Source: Candidatus Magasanikiibacteriota bacterium (GTDB lineage: Bacteria; Patescibacteriota; Patescibacteriia; Magasanikbacterales; UBA922). Taken from it: a DNA stretch of 64,000 nt. The translations under genes were made by a program, and so were the position numbers. The notes beneath the pieces were generated by a model. The model ran no database searches. It saw only the letters and a list, made by a program, of their open reading frames with translations, and was not told the origin of the DNA. The stretch covers positions 1,955-65,954 of the forward strand of contig WJJZ01000014.1 in assembly GCA_014729395.1 (NCBI GenBank), read 5' to 3'. Positions 57,436 through 64,000 of the stretch are shown here, one piece after another; position 1 is the first letter of the stretch, and each line of letters begins with the position of its first letter.

Positions 57436-58908
57436 ATGAAGAAAATTATAAAACTATTAACTATTATTTTCGTAATATCGGGAATCCTCTTCCCCAGTCT
57501 TGGTCTTGCAAAAACTGAACCGCTTGTATTACCTACTAATAGTTTCATTAAATATGAAAAAAGACCGGTAGTCTATTATGTCGCTTCGGATGGTCGCAGA
57601 TATGAATTTCCTAATGAGGAAACCTTTTATACTTGGAAAAAAGATTTTTCAAATATAAAAAAACTTAGTTACAGAGAAATTAGAAAAATAAAAAAAGGTA
57701 AACATACTATTACCGTTCACCCCGGCATAAAACTTGTTAAATTCCCGAAATCAAGTAAGGTCTATGCAGTAAGCTCCGGAGCAGAATTGCGCTGGATAAG
57801 TTCTGAGAAGGTTGCCAGAGATCTTTACGGATCAAAATGGACACAAGAAATAATTACCCTGCCGCTTGAAGATTTGGAAAACTATGTCTTTGGTAGCGAT
57901 ATTGATAATGTCACTGAATATGACAAACAATATCAGATTTATCATAACTATTTTATTGACAGGGAGCTTAGAAACAGAGACAAACTGAACCCGGTAAAAA
58001 CAAATAGAAAAACCACTATTACGTCTGTTAATCGACTACCTACACTTTCTTACCTTCGTGAAGACCTTCGAGGACGTCTACAACCTGGATTTAAACCTGA
58101 AATTAGTTCATATACTCTTAATGCTCGATATAATGAGGAAGAGGTCACCTTGAAACCAAAAACAAGAGATAAAAATGCTAAAATATTAGTAAATGATACA
58201 GTCATTGAATCCGGCATGAGCATTACTCTTAAGCTTAATCAGGGCGAAAATAATGTAAAGATTCGCGTCAAATCAGGTGTTAAATCAGTGGAGTATAATT
58301 TACGTATAGTTAGAGAAACTGAAGATGAAGTTGATCTTGGTTTAAAATATATTAAAGAAAACCTAAAATCTTCGATTTCACCAGAATTTGATCCAAATGT
58401 TAGAAACTATCAACTAAATGCCAAATATTCTGAAAGTATTCTAAAATTAAAAGCGGCTACAAAAGATAAGGACGCCAAACTTTACATCAATGGTAATCCG
58501 GTCCGGTCAGGTAAATATATATCCCTACCACTCAAAAAAGGTGAAAATAAAATAAGGATATTCGTCTCGGCCGGGAGCAAAAATAGAACTTATTATTTTA
58601 CTGTAAATCGTTCTAACTTTAAAAGTCTGGAAGATGCCCAACTAAAGTATATCCGTACCAATCTAAGAGATGATTTATCACCGGAGTTTTCTCCGGGTAG
58701 AACCGAATATTATATTAATGCGACTGAAAATGAAGATGAAGTAAGAATTACGACTAGCCCAATTGATAGATATGCCGACGTATATATTGAGGATCGAAAA
58801 ACAAAAAGAAGAGTTATTAAGCTTCATAAGGGTAGTAATATAATAAAAATCCAATCCTATTCTACTGAAGGCGCCAGGATGACTTACTACGTTAATATTC
58901 TAAAATAA
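57436..58908 (+). CDS. Secreted protein with signal peptide and three cadherin-like beta-sandwich repeats
   Basis: N-terminal signal-like segment; three about 85-aa repeats (LSPEF.P....Y.LNA.Y.E..V.LK..T.DK.AK..VN...V.SG...L.L..GEN...I.V..G). Confidence 0.55.
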   Translation: MKKIIKLLTIIFVISGILFPSLGLAKTEPLVLPTNSFIKYEKRPVVYYVASDGRRYEFPNEETFYTWKKDFSNIKKLSYREIRKIKKGKHTITVHPGIKLVKFPKSSKVYAVSSGAELRWISSEKVARDLYGSKWTQEIITLPLEDLENYVFGSDIDNVTEYDKQYQIYHNYFIDRELRNRDKLNPVKTNRKTTITSVNRLPTLSYLREDLRGRLQPGFKPEISSYTLNARYNEEEVTLKPKTRDKNAKILVNDTVIESGMSITLKLNQGENNVKIRVKSGVKSVEYNLRIVRETEDEVDLGLKYIKENLKSSISPEFDPNVRNYQLNAKYSESILKLKAATKDKDAKLYINGNPVRSGKYISLPLKKGENKIRIFVSAGSKNRTYYFTVNRSNFKSLEDAQLKYIRTNLRDDLSPEFSPGRTEYYINATENEDEVRITTSPIDRYADVYIEDRKTKRRVIKLHKGSNIIKIQSYSTEGARMTYYVNILK

Positions 58909-59052
58909 TCACTTCAAAAACAGGGCTCTTAAAAGCCTTGTTTTATTTATATTTGTATATTTTCATATTAAAGTCAGATTGTTTTTTGTATTATAATAGA
59001 TATTTTGCTAATATATATAAGGATCTTTCACATCCCAACATAGGAGGATAAA

Positions 59053-59988
59053 ATGGAAGATGAAAAGGCAAATGTTATCGCCTTCAAGAAATCGAAAACC
59101 GAAGATGATGATACGATTGAAGATATATGGCAAAATTCTGAAACATTGGACCAAGCTTTTCAGAGAGTTATGAAGCCTCTGATTGATGAGCGTGATGCAC
59201 TAAAGGAGAAAAATTCCGAACTTGTCGAACTTGTCGAAGAAAAAAACCGAGTAATCATTGATTTCTCACGTGAAAATTTATTTTTAAAACGACAAGTCCT
59301 TGATACGGATTTGGTACGCCACACTTTTCATGATATTAATAACTTACTGACGTCCATAATTGGAAATGGTATGATGATTCCGAGTTGTTCAAAACAACAA
59401 CAAACTGTAAAGCATGTTGAATCAGTCATATTTGCTGCTGAGCAAATGGGGGATTTGATTAGAAATGTTCAGGATATTTTGCACAAAGGGGGTACACAAA
59501 AAGTATCTGTTGATATCAATGATATAATTCGGCGTACCGCCGGTATGATCCGTGTAAAAATAAATCTAAACCTCGATCCATCGAGGCCCTACATACTAAT
59601 GAATAAAGCTGAATTTTTTCGCATCATCTATAATCTGGTACAGAATGCTTATGATGCACTCACGGATGAAGCCGGAAGAATCGAAATCTCTACTGCAATT
59701 TTTACCAAAGATGAATCTCTGAATGATATTTTTGCTGACCATAATAAAAAGAATGTATTGATAACCGTTAAGGATAACGGTCGGGGGATGACAAAAGAGG
59801 TAAGACAAAAAATCTTTGACCGCTCATTTACCACAAAAACTATAGAAAAGTGGAAAAGTGGTCTTGGCTTGACTCTGGTAAAACAACTGGTTGAAGCTAG
59901 TGGAGGTACTATATCGGTAAATTCATTGGAAGGTGTTGGTACATCCTTTTATCTTCAATTTCCTTTGATTGCAATGGGAAAGGCCTAA
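59053..59988 (+). CDS. Soluble sensor histidine kinase (coiled-coil N-terminus, HisKA-like H-box, HATPase_c)
   Basis: H-box VRHTFHDINNLLTSIIGN; N, G1 and G2 boxes (NLVQNAYDA, DNGRGM, GLGLTLVKQ). Confidence 0.7.
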   Translation: MEDEKANVIAFKKSKTEDDDTIEDIWQNSETLDQAFQRVMKPLIDERDALKEKNSELVELVEEKNRVIIDFSRENLFLKRQVLDTDLVRHTFHDINNLLTSIIGNGMMIPSCSKQQQTVKHVESVIFAAEQMGDLIRNVQDILHKGGTQKVSVDINDIIRRTAGMIRVKINLNLDPSRPYILMNKAEFFRIIYNLVQNAYDALTDEAGRIEISTAIFTKDESLNDIFADHNKKNVLITVKDNGRGMTKEVRQKIFDRSFTTKTIEKWKSGLGLTLVKQLVEASGGTISVNSLEGVGTSFYLQFPLIAMGKA

Positions 59989-60051
59989 TAATATTGGGTC
60001 TTTTTTTATTGAGACATGCTAGTAACCAAAATGATATTTTTTAAAATAATA

Positions 60052-60083
60052 ATACCCCACTCTTATGTAGGGTATTATTTTTT
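60052..60083 (+). terminator. Terminator hairpin (ataccc-cactcttatgta-gggtat + TTTTTT)
   Basis: Read directly. Confidence 0.5.
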
Positions 60084-60084
60084 G

Positions 60085-60433
60085 CTCGGCGGGCGAGATT
60101 CGAACTCGCGACCCATTGGTTACATCGATTCTTACTCTTTCGAATAAGGATGGACTATATCATCACCCGTGCCATAGACTTCTTTAAAAGAAGAACACTG
60201 GGGTGCGAGGCGCTTCCTCCTTACCAAATCAAATGATTTGCAGAAGTACTCCCGAAAGGGATAGTCTCTGAACCTTCCCAACTCCATATGTGGTGTTGGA
60301 CTCGGCTGCTGATCACCCATCCAGATTAATAAGGACTAGGGCTTCCAGCAATTCACCTCGTTTTCATCTTGATGTTTCCACCAAGAGCTGCTTTTAAATA
60401 CAGCCAATTGCTCTACCACTGAGCTACCGCCGA
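60085..60433 (-). tRNA. tRNA-Asn(GUU) interrupted by a group I intron; exons 60433..60400 (34 nt) and 60122..60085 (38 nt); no CCA encoded
   Basis: Minus strand: acceptor TCGGCGG/CCGCCGA (7 bp), D arm GCTC-AGTGGTA-GAGC, anticodon stem ATTGG/CCAAT, spliced loop CTGTTAA (anticodon GTT), T arm GCGAG-TTCGAAT-CTCGC, discriminator G. Confidence 0.8.
60123..60399 (-). ncRNA. Group I self-splicing intron (277 nt) in the tRNA-Asn anticodon loop between positions 35 and 36
   Basis: Core elements P AATTGCTGGAAG, Q GATCAGCAGCC, R GGTTCAGAGACTA, S GATGATATAGTCC; 5' exon ends ...GCTGT pairing with intron GCAGC (U-G at the splice site); intron ends with G (60123). Confidence 0.75.
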
Positions 60434-60486
60434 ATTAAGTTTAAATTTGCTTACGAATTGGACATTCATAAACAAATTTGACCTAA
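60421..60486. repeat. Direct repeat copy A (tRNA 5' end plus 53 bp upstream), repeated at 60665-60730
   Basis: ctaccgccgaattaagtttaaatttgcttacgaattggacattcataaacaaatttgacct is identical in both copies. Confidence 0.7.
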
Positions 60487-60664
60487 CATAACAAAAAAGC
60501 GAAGTGGTGCCCACTGCCTGCCCACCGAAGTCCCGAGCTTGTCGAGGGACGGAGGTGGGAGCTACCGCCGATCACGTAAAGCAGACTTCGTCTGCCACGT
60601 GACAAGATCATTTTATTTTAAAACCAAACTGCTCTTGTCGCGTGGTGAGCGAAGCGAACTTTAC

Positions 60665-60730
60665 GCGAAGCTACCGCCGAATTAAGTTTAAATTTGCTTA
60701 CGAATTGGACATTCATAAACAAATTTGACC
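60665..60730. repeat. Direct repeat copy B (12 nt of the tRNA-Asn 5' end plus the same 53-bp upstream segment)
   Basis: Read directly; a third 13-nt copy of the tRNA 5' end lies at 60548-60560. Confidence 0.7.
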
Positions 60731-60895
60731 TATTTTTAGTTTTGTGAACAAAAAAATTATAGCATCTGTGCTAAATTCAGTCAAGAAATGATTATTTTAT
60801 TTACATTTTAAAAAAAATTTATCAAAATTTTATTATAATTGTTTTATAATACTTGCATAAATAGCTCTTTATGATAAATTATAAAAAAAACTATT

Positions 60896-61561
60896 ATGAA
60901 AATTTTAGTGGTCGAAGACGAACCAGGTCTTCAAAGAGTATTACGAAATACTCTGAAATCTGAATGCTATGCAGTTGATGTCGCCAAAAATGGTGAACAA
61001 GGCGCTTTTTTGGGCACAACTGGAGATTATGATTTGATAATTCTTGATAACATGCTTCCCAAGCTATCCGGAGTTGAAGTTTGCAAAACGATCAGGAAAT
61101 CGGGTAAAAAGAACCCAATACTAATTTTGTCGGCTATCTCTGAAATTGAAAAAAAGGTAGAGATGCTCGAAGCGGGGGCTGACGATTATATGTCAAAGCC
61201 TTTTTCAGTTGATGAATTACTGGCTCGAATCAAAGCCCTTTTACGCAGACCTAAATCATTATCCAAAGAAAAAATAAAAATAGGCAATCTATCTATTGAT
61301 TTAGCTGATTACACAGTTAAATTGAATAACAAAGCAATTGAATTGACAAGAAAAGAATTCATGCTCTTGGTATATTTGGCAAAAAACAAAGGGAATGTAA
61401 TGTCGAGAGGAAAAATAATGGAACATGTGTGGGACATAAACGCAGACCCTTTTTCCAATACTATTGAATCACATATATTGAGTCTGCGAAAAAAAATCGG
61501 AGATAAGGGTAAAAATAATATTATAAAAACAGTTCCCGGCAGAGGATATAAAATAGATTAA
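60896..61561 (+). CDS. OmpR-family response regulator
   Basis: Receiver D residues (DD...ILDNMLP), K of SKPF, winged-helix C-terminus TVPGRGYK. Confidence 0.85.
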   Translation: MKILVVEDEPGLQRVLRNTLKSECYAVDVAKNGEQGAFLGTTGDYDLIILDNMLPKLSGVEVCKTIRKSGKKNPILILSAISEIEKKVEMLEAGADDYMSKPFSVDELLARIKALLRRPKSLSKEKIKIGNLSIDLADYTVKLNNKAIELTRKEFMLLVYLAKNKGNVMSRGKIMEHVWDINADPFSNTIESHILSLRKKIGDKGKNNIIKTVPGRGYKID

Positions 61562-61603
61562 AAAACAGCTGCGATCCTATGCAACTGTTTTTATATCTCT
61601 CTA

Positions 61604-62347
61604 TTATTCAAATTTTATGGGTATTTCCAGGGCATCATCATTTTCCGGAAGCCCGGATGGATTATCTTTTTGTAATATTAAACTACCATAGTCGTACAAA
61701 TCGGGCTTTTCAAATTCTAAAACTGCCGTAAAAGGAATAAAGTCTTCCGTCATCCAATCAGCACTTGTGGTGGCAAAAGATTCTGCTATTATCCTTCCGT
61801 CCCAATCTGTCAAAACTACCGGAAAAGATCCTTCAAAAAACCATGTGCCTCTTGCCTCTCCGCTTATACTGAGTGGACTATCAACACCTTGGTTCGGTCT
61901 TGGTTTATCCAATCTAATCAAATCTTCTTTTTCAAGTTCATTTCCAATATTTTCTGTATATGTCTTTCCTTCTTCGGTTCTACATTGTCTAGGATAGCTT
62001 TCCATTACAGCATTACCCGCTGCAACACAATCCTCAAAACTATCAATTTTAAACTGATCCTTGAAGTCTTCACAGTACTCCTCCCACATTCTTTGACACT
62101 TTTCAGTAGAGGGACACCAGCTATAGCCGGCTGCCACTAAACAATCGTGGTCGTCTTTGTCACCGCCTATCAGTTTTTCTTCGTCACAACCTGTCAGAGG
62201 CTTTGGTGTATCCGGAGAACCGTGTTCTATCCACTCCCCTTCTACACAAATCCAATTATCTTCCGGTGTTAACATCCTTAGAGATATTATAAAAATAATT
62301 GAAAGTGCCAAACCAATAAATATAAATAATACTAAACTTTTTTTCAT
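61604..62347 (-). CDS. Secreted Cys-rich protein with C-terminal Gmad2-like immunoglobulin-like domain
   Basis: Signal/TM N-terminus, 10 Cys in the N-terminal half, C-terminal ISGEARGTWFFEGSFPVVLTDWDGRIIAE... Confidence 0.45.
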   Translation of the reverse strand: MKKSLVLFIFIGLALSIIFIISLRMLTPEDNWICVEGEWIEHGSPDTPKPLTGCDEEKLIGGDKDDHDCLVAAGYSWCPSTEKCQRMWEEYCEDFKDQFKIDSFEDCVAAGNAVMESYPRQCRTEEGKTYTENIGNELEKEDLIRLDKPRPNQGVDSPLSISGEARGTWFFEGSFPVVLTDWDGRIIAESFATTSADWMTEDFIPFTAVLEFEKPDLYDYGSLILQKDNPSGLPENDDALEIPIKFE

Positions 62348-62372
62348 ATTAATAGTTATAAAACAAAATAGG

Positions 62373-63861
62373 CTAGATCATAAACTTATCCCCCAAAACA
62401 AAGCCTTCTTTTTTTATTTCATACTCAAAAATTGATTTATTATGGTCGCTGCCACGCATTTTAAGAATATTACACAATTTTCTTACGCTTTGTTCTCTCT
62501 CTACATACCGTAACAAGATAACACCGTCCACAATTGATCTTAAACGCATCTCATTACTTGATAAGTTACCCAAAAGCTGCCCTCTGGATGCTCCAAAATT
62601 TTCAGACATAAGATAATTTGCCAGACAAGTTATTTCCTTTGTTTTAAAAAAACCAACTAAATTAATCAAAAATTCCCTAACCTCAAATTTATCTATTGTA
62701 GCCGATATCAAACTTGAAATGGAATCAATAACTACTCTTTTTATATTTTTCTCATTCACGATATCCACGACTTCCTACAATATTTTATCAGTTACTAAAT
62801 TGATTAGAGGAGCATTTAAATAACTAAGTTGCCTTTTTTTTCAAAGGAATCAAAGTTCCAACCATGCTCTTTGGCTGTTTTAAATACCTGTACCTTTGAC
62901 TCTTCCAAACCTAACCATAAAACATTTTCACCCTTTTTAACGCCTTCAGTTAAAAAATGCATACCAATGGTTGTTTTTTCACTACCGGTGTTTCCCCCAA
63001 TTAAAATTGTATGCCCTTGGGGGATTCCTCCCCCCATTAATTTATCAAAAGCCGGTAAACCAAAAGATAAGCGCTTTTTAAAATTTGTTTTAAACACAGT
63101 CGTATCAATAGGGATTTTTGGAAAAACGGTTATACCATTATTATCAATAACATACTCCACCTTTCCGTTTCTATATTCCACACCTCTTAATTTTCTAACA
63201 TATAAATACCGACGAACACTATTAAAACTAAATTCGGTTTTTAGCTGGATAAACCCGTCCAAAGTATATTCCTCTACACCATATTTGGTGAGATGGTCGC
63301 CATCCGACCCAGCTTCTGAACTAAAAATCATAGTTATGCCGCTTTTTTCCAATTCTTCTGAAAGTTTAAACAAGATATTTCTTATCTTATCATGATTCTT
63401 GAATCGTGTAAACAAACAGGCCATAGAGTCAATGACAACTCGTTTAGCCTTAATCTTGCTAACAGCATGTTTTATTCGGATAATAATTGGTTTTAAACTA
63501 TATTCAATTTCTTGATCTACCCCTTCGCCATCCAATACTTTTAATTCAGTATATGACATATTAACAAAAGCGAGTTTTTTTTCATTAACAAGCTCCTCAA
63601 AATCCCAACCAAAACCGGAGACATTTTTTATGATTTCTGCAGCTGTTCTTCAAAAGTAACAAAAACACCATTTTCTTTATATTTTGTAATTCCATGATAC
63701 AAAAATTCAGATAAAAATACTGTTTTTCCTGCCCCAGCCTCTCCGGATACGAGTAAGGAACGTCCGGCCGGAAAGCCACCGGACAACACTTCATCTAAAC
63801 CCTCTATACCTGTTTTTACTCGATTAATTGATAATGGCTTTTTTTTATTTTTTTGATTCAT
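62373..63861 (-). pseudogene. KaiC-like double RecA-domain ATPase broken into three ORFs (63628-63861, 62816-63559, 62373-62768) by a frameshift near 63645 and a frameshift plus stop near 62770-62815
   Basis: Walker A GEAGAGKT (domain 1) and GGNTGSEKT (domain 2); hand translation upstream of 63559 in the second frame gives EIIKNVSGFGWDFEELVNEKKL, which continues KaiC-like FVTFEE of the first ORF in a different frame. Confidence 0.6.
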
Positions 63862-64000
63862 ATATTTAATACTATTAAATTTATTTTGTCATTTCATCCA
63901 TCTTTGTTAGCACTTTTTCACAAGCTTTTAAATTATAAAAACACCCTAAAATTGAAAGATCCTCTGAATCCTCCCTGCTCTCTATTTTTTTTCATAAAAC

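Noticed and set aside
60132-60320. 62-aa ORF inside the tRNA intron
   Set aside because: It overlaps the group I catalytic core (Q/R region) and has no endonuclease motifs (LAGLIDADG, GIY-YIG, HNH); most likely spurious.
60487-60664. tmRNA or second tRNA in the GC-rich insert
   Set aside because: It has a tRNA-like 5' 13-mer only, with no D/T arm continuation, no GGTTCGA T-loop, and no tag-peptide reading frame.
63597-63794. 65-aa minus ORF overlapping the KaiC-like fragments
   Set aside because: It is an alternative frame across the frameshift region; the sequence is junk.

Overview
This is an AT-rich window (about 30% GC outside the islands noted below) of compact, mostly housekeeping chromosome. 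The gene content and style (short intergenic regions, strong AGGAGG Shine-Dalgarno sites, minimal biosynthesis) suggest a CPR/Patescibacteria-like bacterium, but that is inference only. Recognisable genes by area:
- Energy and transport: atpD 3' end and atpC; CPA2 cation:proton antiporter.
- Translation and RNA modification: proS, lysS, serS, gltX; a TrmH/SpoU methylase and thiI.
- Cell wall and shape: mreB-mreC-mreD-PBP2 cluster; FtsQ-like protein; M23 peptidase; a MurF-like/DegT/FemAB/FemAB cell-wall block.
- DNA repair: a UvrD-type helicase fused to a Cas4/RecB-like nuclease.
- Transcription and stress: greA, clpB.
- Fe-S cluster assembly: an isc cluster (Rrf2 regulator, iscS, iscU, two ferredoxins).
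- Efflux and regulation: a TetR/membrane-fusion/RND efflux operon; a histidine kinase and an OmpR-type response regulator.
- Metabolism: gpmI.

Structures not explained by ordinary gene calls:
1. A tRNA-Asn(GUU) gene on the minus strand is split in the anticodon loop by a 277-nt group I intron. The P, Q, R and S core elements, a U-G 5' splice pair and a terminal G are all visible. The tRNA 5' end plus its upstream region is duplicated around a GC-rich insert.
2. A 1.6-kb element is bounded by perfect 16-bp inverted repeats (AAAAGGCTGGAAAAGC). It carries a 65%-GC foreign ORF under a consensus TTGACA-17-TATTAT promoter with a structured leader. Solo copies of the same 9-bp-periodic AAAGGC repeat sit in neighbouring intergenic regions.
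3. A REP-like palindromic element (GTCATTCCCGCGAAGGCGGGAATCC) occurs at two loci. Its translation produces the spurious ORF at 20850-21032.
4. Further moderately GC-rich islands (56.7-57.4 kb, 41.7-42.0 kb, 28.0-29.0 kb) also have consensus promoters or hairpin leaders.
5. Several Cys-rich microproteins are missing from the ORF track.
6. A KaiC-like gene is broken into three frames.

No CRISPR array, transposase or rRNA was seen.
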